Positions 17,793-27,145 of a stretch of 64,000 bases of DNA are shown one piece after another. The stretch is from an uncultured Planctomycetia bacterium (GTDB taxonomy: Bacteria > Planctomycetota > UBA8108 > UBA1146). The translations under genes were made by a program, and so were the position numbers. The DNA lies in the NCBI GenBank assembly GCA_964412635.1, contig CAYPPQ010000005.1, positions 8,179 through 72,178 on the forward strand, in the 5' to 3' direction. A model generated the notes under the pieces. The model saw only the letters and a list, made by a program, of their open reading frames with translations, made no database searches and had not been told where the DNA came from. Each line of letters begins with the position of its first letter. Within the stretch, counting starts at the first letter, position 1.

Positions 17793-18236
17793 TCAGCTCA
17801 CCCTTCTGTCATCGCTCGATTGCAACCGCATGGCGATGAGCCGCGCCAACGCCAGGACCATTCGATATACGGTGCGATCACCCATGTCGAGGAGTTCCCT
17901 GAAGCGAGCGATGGAAAAGGAGCGGAGTCGAGATCGAGAAACCGCCACGACGCTGGCGCTGTGAGGAGTATCGGAGACGAGGCTCATCTCTCCGAAGGAA
18001 CTGAGGTCGGAGAGTCGTGCCAGCACGGTAGGGTTTTCACCTTCCGTCTTGATCACATCGAGAGTCCCCTGGGCAACGATGAAGAAGTGTCCTGGAATAT
18101 CCCCTTCACCGATGACGACATCTCCCGCCTCGACGATTCTCTCCTCGGAGTAGCCGAGCAAGGCACCGATCTCTTCCGGTTGAAGGCCATCGAAGAGGGG
18201 CACCGATGAATAGCGTTCATATCTCAGTGCATCCAT
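17793..18236 (-). CDS. Cyclic nucleotide-binding (CAP effector-domain) protein, no DNA-binding domain
   Basis: cNMP-binding beta-roll with the FGEMSL...RSASVVA phosphate-binding cassette. 147 aa. No HTH domain. Confidence 0.8.
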   Translation of the reverse strand: MDALRYERYSSVPLFDGLQPEEIGALLGYSEERIVEAGDVVIGEGDIPGHFFIVAQGTLDVIKTEGENPTVLARLSDLSSFGEMSLVSDTPHSASVVAVSRSRLRSFSIARFRELLDMGDRTVYRMVLALARLIAMRLQSSDDRRVS

Positions 18237-18379
18237 GGTCGCTCATCCTTCCGCCGCACCCCCTGGAGAAAACTACTCGTGCAACAGGAATACGCTACAC
18301 CGCTCCCTCCTCCCCGACAACGGGGAGGGAAGGAGGAGCTGGTTCAACAGCAGAGCAGGAGGTTCCCGGACCGATCGAT

Positions 18380-19264
18380 TCAGGGACACCCGGGAAAAAC
18401 GACACAATCGAGGGCGTCGCCGGTGGGATCGAATCCACACGCCGGATAGGGAGGCGCTGGTGACGGAGTCCCGGCACAGAAAATTGTACACAACACCGTC
18501 ACCGCATCGGTGATGTTGATGGTGCCCGTGTCGTTGGCGTCGAGGGCATCGAGGCAATCGGATGGGGTGGCATTGAAGAGGTAATCGAGGACCTGGATTC
18601 CATCGACGAGGTCGAGGGATCCGTCTCCACTGGCATCCCCGCGGATCAGCATCGGGCCGTCGTGGGGGATGAGGGTCACAGTTCCATCGACGGTGGTAGG
18701 CACGAAACTGGCCCCGTCGAGGACCAGCACGTTCTCCACCGGTGGTTCTCCAAGAGTGTTGATGAAGGAGAGGCTGGTGACGGTGGCCGTGGTAGCTCCG
18801 GTGAGAGGACCATCCAGAAGCTGATAATCGACGGTACACATCGGCGTCTCCACCTCGAAGGTCACGGTCCAGCCTCCGACGAAACTCAGTACCACGCCCT
18901 GGGTAACGCCCTCCGGGTAGAAATTCACCTGATCGAAATCGATCTCTTCCCCCATCGGCTCCGGCATCGTCGTCGTCAAATCGGTTGCTAGCATCAGGGT
19001 CGGGTCATTTCCAAGATCGATGGAATACCCGGCACAGGGAGCAAATGTCGCCCCGGAGATCTGCTGCACCGTCACATCGGCACTGAAGCCGAAGGCAGCG
19101 GGGTTCGCCGCCGCATAGTCGACACTCGCTCCGGTGACACGCAGTTCGAAGTCGGAGCCAACCTGGCCATTCAAGTGGTTACCTGGAAGCCCCAGGATCA
19201 CCATCAAGGCCACCAGCGGAACCAACTGGAGAGAACTGTAAACGCTGAATTTCTTGTTCATCAT
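18380..19264 (-). CDS. Secreted protein with a cohesin-like module and a C-terminal dockerin-like module
   Basis: AAGGGAG SD followed by ATG-ATG (MMNKKF...), 14 nt after the stop of the upstream gene. Signal peptide. Cohesin-like motifs (AAFGFSADVTV, GGWTVTFEV). C-terminus carries RGDASGDGSLDLVDGIQVLDYLF and DANDTGTINITDAVTVLCTIF followed by the tail ACGFDPTGDALDCVVFPGCP-COOH. Confidence 0.65.
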   Translation of the reverse strand: MMNKKFSVYSSLQLVPLVALMVILGLPGNHLNGQVGSDFELRVTGASVDYAAANPAAFGFSADVTVQQISGATFAPCAGYSIDLGNDPTLMLATDLTTTMPEPMGEEIDFDQVNFYPEGVTQGVVLSFVGGWTVTFEVETPMCTVDYQLLDGPLTGATTATVTSLSFINTLGEPPVENVLVLDGASFVPTTVDGTVTLIPHDGPMLIRGDASGDGSLDLVDGIQVLDYLFNATPSDCLDALDANDTGTINITDAVTVLCTIFCAGTPSPAPPYPACGFDPTGDALDCVVFPGCP

Positions 19265-19278
19265 GCTCAGCTCCCTTT

Positions 19279-22272
19279 CTATGGACACGGGGTATTACTC
19301 GACGGAGTCGGGTCTCCACCTGCCACATCGAAGGGTGGAGGAGGTGGCGGCGAATCGTCGATGAAGAGGTAGTTCAACACGAAGATCGGATCTCCGATAT
19401 CGATCAGGTTGTCGTCGTTGGCATCGAGGCGCGCCTCGCACTCCGGCCTCTCCAGTGGAGGCTGTCCGGCGGGGGTGATCACCATGCCGAGGATCGAGAT
19501 GGCATCGCCGATGTCGATCAGGTTGTCTTCATTGGCATCGGCCCGGATGAAGGAACCGGTGGCCTGGATCTCGTACACCGTGCCATCGGTGTTTCCAGCC
19601 ACCACGAAGTTCTCCCCATCGAAGAGGATTCCCCCGGGGTCGTCGATGGCCGCCAGGCTGATCCCCTCGCCGACCTGGGTCGCCACTCCGCCGGAGACGG
19701 TCACCTCGATGATCTCGAGGCTGCCATCCGGCTTGACGCTGGTGATGTAGAGCGGCAACGGCCCGCAGCCAACGAAACCGGTGGTGGGACAGCGTCCAGA
19801 GGTGCATCCCTTCTGCTGCGCTCCCTCATTGGGGTGCTCGAAGGAACTACCGGAATCGATGCCACCATCCCCTTCATGGGCTATGCCGTAGATCTCACAG
19901 GTGTCGGGACCGGTGACATACAGCGTCTCCGTCTCGGGATTGAAGCCCATCCCCCCCGACTTCCCCTCGATGGCACCGGGGAGGAACTTGTTGCCGCCAC
20001 CGGGTGCCCACGGAGATGGGTTGTAGACAAAGTAATTGCGGAGGAATTCACCCTGACGTGTCATCTCCATCAGGTGCATCTGGCCACCGGAATTGCCGTT
20101 GCCCACCACCAGCGAACCGTTGCCCGCATCTCCGTCAGGGATGTAGGCGATGCCGGTCACCGGCACGTTCTCCTCGAAGGGACTCGGCACCACCGCCAGC
20201 ACCTGGAAATCCTCGCCGAGGGCGTAGATCTGCCCGTTGAGTGAATCGGTGGCGTAGTAGAACACCTCTCCGCTGCCCTCGGGAGGCTCTGGAAACACCG
20301 CGGTGATGTCGTAGATCTCCGTCAACATGCCAACGCTGCCGGGGATCTCGATGGGGGTCTCCGTCTCCGTCTCGCCACTTCCCACGACGATGGTGGTCTG
20401 CAGACAGCCACTGCCACCGCCATCCAGGATGACGATACCAGTGTAGGTGTGAGTCCCCTCCGGCACATCGGTATCGATCCAGGAGAACTCGCCGGCAGGA
20501 ACCTCCACGGGATTCCCCTCGACCCCGTCGCTGGTGCGGGTGAGCTGGTAGAAATCGGGGACATTCCCCGCCGGGTCACTCCAGGTCCATGACACCTCGA
20601 CGAAGTGATTGTCGTCGATGATCACGCTGGAGAGACTGTTCATCGGCGGGATGTAGAGGGGATCCACATCGGATGGGTCACTACTGGCATCGTAGGGATT
20701 CGATCCCTGCGCCAGTTCATCGATGTTGGAGTACTGGTCGCCGTCGTCATCGTCATCGGGGAAGGCGTGGGCCACCGGCACCGCGGCGGAGTGCTCCGTC
20801 AGCAGGATCGTCTCGCCGGGGAAGGTGAGGTCGACCCCGGTGGCGCTGCCATCGGCGTTGTAGGATGTGAGGGTACCGTCGCCGCTTCCCGGCTCCTGGC
20901 CGGCGATCCACAGCTGTCGATCTCCATCCCAGGCGATGTCATCGACACCGCGGGGGTGGGTGATGACGGGTCCCAGGAGCAGCGCATCATTGAAATCGTA
21001 ATCGCCCATCAATACCTGGTTGGCGGAGGGATTGAGGATGGCCAGACGATCGACGCGGAACTCCCCCCCCCCGATGATGGTTCCCACCATGCGGGTCGGG
21101 GCGATGGCGGGCGGCAGTTCGCAGCTCGAGGCCATCGATCCATCGGCCATGCGCCTCTCGATGCGATCGGTGAAGAGCAGGAACACCGATCCGTCCGGAC
21201 CCGCTACCAGGTCGCGAATGGTATTTCCCGAACCCATGCTGACGATCACCACCGGACTGCCATCGGACTGGATGCGAGCCAGGGTGGTGCCCACGGCAAT
21301 CCAGCTGGTGTTTCCGGTTCCGACCGCATAGTGGAAGGAATCGCCCGGATTCCCCACCGAGATTCCCAACGGCTGCGCCCCTCCCAGGACTCCATCTTCG
21401 GGAGAATCACCGGCACCATCTCCGCCGTACAGCACCGTTCCATCGGGGTGCAGTACCTGGATGCCGTCAGGGGCGATGACGAAGACCCCATCCCCTCCCA
21501 GCGGTCCGAGTCCGATGGGATTCGGTCCGGTCGAGCAGACGATCTTCGGCTGGGGGTTGATCCCGACGCGGCACAGCGTCTGGGTTTCCGCCATCAGGAT
21601 CCACGTCTCACCACGGGCGTTGACCAGCAGATCGGTCGGGGCACCATCGGCGGTAACCTCCGATTCGACCAGTACTCCATCGGGACTGAAGAAGGAAGCG
21701 GAGCCATCGAAGGCGACGCGCACCCGGTTGGTCGGAGTTCCGTCGTTGATCGGGGTCAAGATGGCCACTCCCCCGGAAATGACATCGGGGATGATCTCCG
21801 AAGCATCGGGGAGGGCGAACACCACATCGGTCACCGGGTCGCCAACGCTTCCGGGAGTCACGGTGGCAAAGGTTCCCTGCGCCGAGGAGTTCGCCTCGTA
21901 ACCGGCCACTGCCACCAGACGCGGGCCACCGGCAGCGATCACTCCCTGCAGTTCGAAGTCGACCAGGACGCCCATCGCCAGCCCTTCGGGGCCAGAGCTG
22001 GTGCCGACGAAATCCGCCACCACAGGTCCTGCATACTCGATGAAGATGGGGGTCAGGCCCCCGGGAGCGTGAATCAGCCCGAAGGAGAACGCCACGATGT
22101 CGACATCGTTCTGGATCAGTACCGCAAGGGGTACCGTCGATCCGGCGACCGCTGCTGCGCTCTCCACCGAGACACTATTTTGAGCCGTCGCGGGGGAACC
22201 GAGACAGACCATCCACAGGAACAGAAGAATCGCGCAAGTCCGACGACTTCGGCGTTGTCTCTGCACATTCAT
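19279..22272 (-). CDS. Large secreted protein with a cohesin-like N-terminus, beta-propeller (NHL/YVTN-like) and FN3-like modules, and a C-terminal dockerin-like module
   Basis: ATG with GGGGAGGG SD. Signal peptide (ILLFLWMVCLGSPATA). Cohesin-like AGSTVPLAVLIQNDVDIVAFSFGLIHAPGGL. Repeated propeller blades. C-terminus carries DANEDNLIDIGDAISIL and DANDDNLIDIGDPIFVLNYLF followed by a poly-Pro stretch and ...GGDPTPSSNTPCP-COOH. Confidence 0.7.
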   Translation of the reverse strand: MNVQRQRRSRRTCAILLFLWMVCLGSPATAQNSVSVESAAAVAGSTVPLAVLIQNDVDIVAFSFGLIHAPGGLTPIFIEYAGPVVADFVGTSSGPEGLAMGVLVDFELQGVIAAGGPRLVAVAGYEANSSAQGTFATVTPGSVGDPVTDVVFALPDASEIIPDVISGGVAILTPINDGTPTNRVRVAFDGSASFFSPDGVLVESEVTADGAPTDLLVNARGETWILMAETQTLCRVGINPQPKIVCSTGPNPIGLGPLGGDGVFVIAPDGIQVLHPDGTVLYGGDGAGDSPEDGVLGGAQPLGISVGNPGDSFHYAVGTGNTSWIAVGTTLARIQSDGSPVVIVSMGSGNTIRDLVAGPDGSVFLLFTDRIERRMADGSMASSCELPPAIAPTRMVGTIIGGGEFRVDRLAILNPSANQVLMGDYDFNDALLLGPVITHPRGVDDIAWDGDRQLWIAGQEPGSGDGTLTSYNADGSATGVDLTFPGETILLTEHSAAVPVAHAFPDDDDDGDQYSNIDELAQGSNPYDASSDPSDVDPLYIPPMNSLSSVIIDDNHFVEVSWTWSDPAGNVPDFYQLTRTSDGVEGNPVEVPAGEFSWIDTDVPEGTHTYTGIVILDGGGSGCLQTTIVVGSGETETETPIEIPGSVGMLTEIYDITAVFPEPPEGSGEVFYYATDSLNGQIYALGEDFQVLAVVPSPFEENVPVTGIAYIPDGDAGNGSLVVGNGNSGGQMHLMEMTRQGEFLRNYFVYNPSPWAPGGGNKFLPGAIEGKSGGMGFNPETETLYVTGPDTCEIYGIAHEGDGGIDSGSSFEHPNEGAQQKGCTSGRCPTTGFVGCGPLPLYITSVKPDGSLEIIEVTVSGGVATQVGEGISLAAIDDPGGILFDGENFVVAGNTDGTVYEIQATGSFIRADANEDNLIDIGDAISILGMVITPAGQPPLERPECEARLDANDDNLIDIGDPIFVLNYLFIDDSPPPPPPFDVAGGDPTPSSNTPCP

Positions 22273-22516
22273 CTTTGCACCCTCCCCGGGGTCTCCGACC
22301 CCGATTCAAGAGTTCTTGTATCCACGTTTTCCGAGGGTGAATTTCCGGGAATCTGGCGACATCCACGCACGATCAAGCGCGCCAGGATCATGGAAATCCA
22401 GCGTTCACAACGGTTTGGCGGAAATACCCTCAACACTTCATTGTACGGTGAGATCCGGATCGAGAAAGGACCCGGACCGATAACCCGATATTCCCTGCAA
22501 AATTGCCGGAAAAAGG

Positions 22517-25500
22517 CTATTCCTCGTCGATTCTGCCCAGCCGCGCCCGCAGGAATCGCCGGCGATCTACCGACCTCTCGATCCGATTGGCCCGCTCCTC
22601 CACCGCCTCCATCGCCCTTTCCTCCCACACCTCCCTCTCCTTCGACCCCTCAGCCTCGAGGGAGGCGCGGGCGCTGAGGACCATGTCGAGGGGAGCCCCC
22701 AGCGGCAGATCGGTTTCCTCGAGGCGAGGCATCAGCAGGGCCAGGGCCCGATCACGATCGCTGCACACCACGGCGATGGAGGCGCACAGGAGGCATCGTT
22801 TCCGCGAGAAGGCGAGCCCGCCCAGCTTGCTGATCAGTTGCTGCCCCTGGTCGATCTCCTCTTCCTCCAGATTGTTGCCGAGCAGATGGGTATGGCGCGC
22901 TCGCAGGGTGTACCACAGTGCATCGAGGTCGGGGTCACGCTCCTGCTCCGATTCGACCTCTTCCTTCAGTGACAACAGATCGATGCTTCTGGGATCCTCC
23001 CCCGTCGAAAGCCGGTTCATCTCGTGGCGGATCCGCCCCTCCCGCAGCAGGAGCTCATCGCCGATCTCCTTCGCCACCTTCAGAGCCTGGTCGTTGGCGC
23101 GGCTCGCCTCCTGCCAGTCCCCCATGACGGCGTGAATCTCCACCAGGTCGAGATGACAGCGAGTCACCCCTCCCAGGTCGCCGATGGCCTGGCGCACCTC
23201 CACCGAACGCTGCAGTGCATCGACCGCCACATCGAAACGCCCCAGCAGCACCTCCACCTCCGCCAGGTTTCGATAATTTCGACCGAGACCGCGACGGTTC
23301 TGCAGCAAGCGGAAGGTCTCGATGGCCTGGCGGTACATCTGTGCAGCATCTTCCAGCTTTCCGTGGAAGAAACCTACATTGGCGAGTCCAACGCGACAGA
23401 TCGTTTCCATGTCGAGATGGCCGAACTGGTGAAAGATCTCGATGGCCTTCTCGAAGCAATCTTGAGCGGTGTCGATCTCCCCGAAGGGATCGATGCGGGT
23501 GTAGAGATTTCCCAGATTGCCGAGGATTCGCGCCTCCCACAGTTCATCCTCTCGCTCCTCGGCGATGGCGATGCCTCGCTGGTACTCCGCCACCGCCTCG
23601 GGACCTCGTCCCTGCTTCTGTAATCCCAGTGCCAGAAGGATCTGGAAATGCTGGGCCAGTTCGCTGGCCCCGGATTGTTCGACGGCACCTCGCAGCTGCT
23701 CGAGGATCGCCAGGGAGCCGTGGGCATCTCCCCGTCGATCCGAGATTTGGGCAAGCAGCAATTGGCGCTGCAGGTGCACCTCTTCCTGGGCTGCATCCAC
23801 CTGCTCCAGGTACTTCTCGCAGGCGTCCTGATCGCCCAGCTTGATGCAGACACGAGCGGCAGAGATGAGGTACTGCCCCAGCTCTGACGCCTCCAGGGTC
23901 GCCCCCCCCTCGAGCACCGCATCGATTTCTTCGACCAGCTGCCGCCCCTCGACGTAGCGACCTTGCGATTCCCTCCGGCTCAGTGCCCGGAGCAGATGGG
24001 GGAGTGCTTCCTGCCCCTGTCCCGCATCCCGCAGTAATCGACCGATGGGGCCCGCCCGCTCCGGCACTTCCCCTTCCAGTTCGATGAGGACCCTTGCCAG
24101 CTCCCGGCGGCGGCGCAGTGCCGCACGACGGCCTCGCCCCTCGAAGATGGAGAGGACCGCTGCCCGGGCCGGTTCGGTACGGAAGCGGTAGTGGGTCAGA
24201 TCGGTTCCCACCGCCTCGCCGAGCCCATCGGTCTCGAAACGATCGAGGGTGTCATCGAGCAGGTCCGCATCGTCGAAGAGACGCTCCAGCACCTCCACCG
24301 GGATGTCCCCCTCGATGAGGGCGGCGGTCTCGAGGATCTGCGCCTGGTCTTCGGAGAAGCGGCCGATCGCCTCCTCGTACAGATCACTTCTTCGCGCCGG
24401 CAACTGCTCGGAGAAATGCTCGCTGGCAGGGAGCGGTTCCTTCAGCTGCCACTTCCCCTCCGCCACCGGATCGAAGATGCCGTGGCCGGTGGGACCGAGG
24501 GTTCTGACCAGGTCGATGGCGAAACCGATGTTGCCGGCGGCTCGCTCCGCCAGAACCGCCGCCAGCCACGGAAGATCGTCGAGGTGGGGGGCACCGGGGT
24601 AAGCGAGATCGAGCATCCGTTCCACCGAGGTGCGCTCGGTGGCGGGCACGTCCACCACCAGCACCGGGATCTCCGAGCCGAAGCCTTCGGGGCGGTCGGT
24701 GGATTTCTGCTCCTCCCGCAGGCTGCACACCGCAAAGAGCACACCGGCACGATCCTGGACGCAGCGGGCGATCAAACCGGAGAGCAACCGCGCCGACTGG
24801 GCATCCGCCTGTTCCAGATCATCGATGGCGATGAGCAGTGGAGCTTCCCGCGCCGCCGAGGTGACCAGCCGATACCACCAGTAGGAGCGCATCTGATCGG
24901 AGGTCTGTTCCAGCGAACCCTCCCCCGACAGCTCTTCGAGGAAGAAGGTGATGGCCGCGGCATCTTCCCCCAGCAACTCCTCCAGCACCTGCGAGGCGTG
25001 CTCGCGCACATCGGCAGCATCGGTCTCGATGAAGGAGACCCCCAGCAGATCCCTGAGCAGGTCGTGGAAACCCTTGTACGGCTGACCGGCGGCACCGCGG
25101 AAGGTGCCGTGCAGATCTCGCACCCCTTGCAGACGCTTGCTCGCCGCCAGCGCCGCCAGCAGGGCACCGGTTCGTTGCCCCTCGGCACCGCCGATGACGA
25201 CGGTCGCCCCCGGTCGCTGGAGCGGATCGAGATGGGTGGCCATGTCGGCGACCAGATCTTCCCGCTCCACCAGCGGCAACGGATCCGCCGCACGGATGCG
25301 GATCGGTCCCTCCGGCTCGACGGGAATCGGTTTCGGATCGAAGGAGGCGATCGTCTCCACCATCGGTGGGGCGATGGTGCCGGGGTGGAGCGGTTCTGCT
25401 CCCACAAGCCAGACACGGTGATCGCCGGGATCGACCTGGTACTCCTTGAAATCGGGATTGACCCAGTTCCAGCCGGTCGCCTCCGGTAACGACAATCGAC

Positions 25501-26530
25501 AGGAGGTCGCCACCGGCGATCTGTTCGACAGCACCACGCGGATCCACAGGATCTCTCCCATCGAGATCTCGCTGCGGACCGCCTCGCCCCGCACCGACAG
25601 CCGGCCGGTGACCACCTCGGCACTGCTGCCATCGGTCGCCTCGATACTCAGGTTCTCGGTGAAGATCGAATCGAGCAGTGCGCTGCCATCGCGTCGGGTG
25701 CGCTCCCCCGATGCAAAATCGAGGAACTCGGTACGACGCTCCCGGGGAGTTCGATCGAAGAGGTACGCATTGCCGTCGTGGAAGTGCAGCATCTCCGGCA
25801 ACATCACCAGCATCTCACCGCTGGAGCGGGCCAGGTAACACTCCCCCGGATCCAGATCCGGATCGTCGATGACCGGCGACGTGCTGCTGCCGCTGACACC
25901 GCTGAGCGATAGTGCGACTCCCTCCTCCTCGAGGGAACTCACGAACAGCTGCTGATCGAGCTGAGCCAGCTGCTCCATCAAGGCCACGGTGGAGGCCTCG
26001 AACAGCGGAGCGACCTTCTGGTAGTGATCGTCGGCGAGAAATCCTGCGTGGCCGATGAAATCGTTTCGATAGGGCGGGAGATGCTCGATGGCATCCTTCC
26101 ACGCCAGTTCCTTGCCGCTGCCGCGGCCGGCGATTTCACGGACCAGTTGGCCGTGTTCGAGGCGCGGTGTGCACAGCAACTCTCGCAGGTCCTCGAGAAC
26201 TCCGAGAGCCCCCGCCCCGGATGACAGCATGTCGATCTCCCGGGAGCCGTGACGCAGAAGCACCTCGACCCATGAACCGAAGGAGGGTCGCTTCATGAAG
26301 TTCTGGACCCGCTTGAGCCGGTCCACCGGCAGTCTCATGCGCGACCGAGCGGTCAGCAGCAGGATCCCCTGCCAGCGGGTGATCGCCTCGAGGCTGGCGA
26401 ATGCTGCGGCGTGGCGTGAGCGGGGGTCGTCGCCGGTGGAATGGAGTGCTTCCAGGACCCGTGCCAGAGGACGGGGAAGGAGCTCATTACTGCAATCTGA
26501 TTCGGGGCGATCCACCGACACCCCCTCCAA
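22517..26530 (-). CDS. Giant STAND-like NTPase (degenerate Walker A) with an uncharacterised about 430-aa N-terminal domain and a C-terminal TPR array (Avs/NLR-like layout)
   Basis: AAA_16/STAND-like core. P-loop position reads VVIGGAEGQRTGA, where Lys is replaced by Arg and one Gly is missing. Canonical Walker B LLIAIDDLEQAD. Followed by about 600 aa of TPR repeats (e.g. GNLGNLYTRIDPFGEIDTAQDCFEKAIEIF). Start uncertain: the track TTG is at 26530, and a GTG 15 nt downstream has a GGAGG SD. Confidence 0.65.
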   Translation of the reverse strand: MEGVSVDRPESDCSNELLPRPLARVLEALHSTGDDPRSRHAAAFASLEAITRWQGILLLTARSRMRLPVDRLKRVQNFMKRPSFGSWVEVLLRHGSREIDMLSSGAGALGVLEDLRELLCTPRLEHGQLVREIAGRGSGKELAWKDAIEHLPPYRNDFIGHAGFLADDHYQKVAPLFEASTVALMEQLAQLDQQLFVSSLEEEGVALSLSGVSGSSTSPVIDDPDLDPGECYLARSSGEMLVMLPEMLHFHDGNAYLFDRTPRERRTEFLDFASGERTRRDGSALLDSIFTENLSIEATDGSSAEVVTGRLSVRGEAVRSEISMGEILWIRVVLSNRSPVATSCRLSLPEATGWNWVNPDFKEYQVDPGDHRVWLVGAEPLHPGTIAPPMVETIASFDPKPIPVEPEGPIRIRAADPLPLVEREDLVADMATHLDPLQRPGATVVIGGAEGQRTGALLAALAASKRLQGVRDLHGTFRGAAGQPYKGFHDLLRDLLGVSFIETDAADVREHASQVLEELLGEDAAAITFFLEELSGEGSLEQTSDQMRSYWWYRLVTSAAREAPLLIAIDDLEQADAQSARLLSGLIARCVQDRAGVLFAVCSLREEQKSTDRPEGFGSEIPVLVVDVPATERTSVERMLDLAYPGAPHLDDLPWLAAVLAERAAGNIGFAIDLVRTLGPTGHGIFDPVAEGKWQLKEPLPASEHFSEQLPARRSDLYEEAIGRFSEDQAQILETAALIEGDIPVEVLERLFDDADLLDDTLDRFETDGLGEAVGTDLTHYRFRTEPARAAVLSIFEGRGRRAALRRRRELARVLIELEGEVPERAGPIGRLLRDAGQGQEALPHLLRALSRRESQGRYVEGRQLVEEIDAVLEGGATLEASELGQYLISAARVCIKLGDQDACEKYLEQVDAAQEEVHLQRQLLLAQISDRRGDAHGSLAILEQLRGAVEQSGASELAQHFQILLALGLQKQGRGPEAVAEYQRGIAIAEEREDELWEARILGNLGNLYTRIDPFGEIDTAQDCFEKAIEIFHQFGHLDMETICRVGLANVGFFHGKLEDAAQMYRQAIETFRLLQNRRGLGRNYRNLAEVEVLLGRFDVAVDALQRSVEVRQAIGDLGGVTRCHLDLVEIHAVMGDWQEASRANDQALKVAKEIGDELLLREGRIRHEMNRLSTGEDPRSIDLLSLKEEVESEQERDPDLDALWYTLRARHTHLLGNNLEEEEIDQGQQLISKLGGLAFSRKRCLLCASIAVVCSDRDRALALLMPRLEETDLPLGAPLDMVLSARASLEAEGSKEREVWEERAMEAVEERANRIERSVDRRRFLRARLGRIDEE

Positions 26531-26674
26531 TCAGGTAGACCAGGTTCAAGAACAGTCCGTAGAGGAGATCATAGGCTCCAGAAGGGCTGGATGGATCCTC
26601 TTGCCTCCGATGGATCCCCCCATCAAGATGAAATTCTACGGATCGGAGTAGATTTCCGGTCGATGGAGGCACCG

Positions 26675-27088
26675 ATGTTCGGAGACGGAAGAAAGTTGCT
26701 GGTGGTCGGGGACCGTGTGCTGGTCTCCCCCACCCAGGGTGAGGAGCGCACCCGCGAGGGTCTCATCCTCCCCGCCAGTGCGGTGGAGAAGAATGAAGTT
26801 CAGAGCGGTCGAGTCGTCGAGGTGGGTCCCGGCACTCCGATGCCACCTCCTGCGGACGTCAGTGATGAGCCGTGGAAGATGTCCGATCCTCCCTCCCCCA
26901 ACTTCCTGCCACTGGAAGCTCGAGTCGGCGACCAGGTTCTGTTTCTGCGAAAAACTGCCATCGAGATCGAGTTCGCAGGGGATGCATTTCTCATCGTGCC
27001 CCACGGCGCCATCCTGGTTCTCGCTCGGGATGAGATGAAGGAAGAGACGGAGCCCACCGAGTTTCGCGTCGAGGACTTCGAACTGTAG
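26675..27088 (+). CDS. Divergent GroES/Cpn10-fold protein (orphan co-chaperonin paralog with a Pro-rich roof-loop insertion)
   Basis: GGAGG SD 6 nt before ATG (MFGDGRKLLVVGDRVLV). Aligns by eye to GroES: LxxGDRVLV, EGLILPASAVEKNEVQSGRVVEVGPG, ARVGDQVLF, EFAGDAFLIVPHGAILVL. Contains an insertion of about 29 aa (TPMPPPADVSDEPWKMSDPPSPNFLPLEA). No groEL is adjacent. An alternative ATG at 26591 would add 28 aa. Confidence 0.55.
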   Translation: MFGDGRKLLVVGDRVLVSPTQGEERTREGLILPASAVEKNEVQSGRVVEVGPGTPMPPPADVSDEPWKMSDPPSPNFLPLEARVGDQVLFLRKTAIEIEFAGDAFLIVPHGAILVLARDEMKEETEPTEFRVEDFEL

Positions 27089-27145
27089 AAGCGCTGGAGG
27101 CTCGGGGTTTGACCGGGGCAGCGACAGATCTCGCCAGTGATCGTG

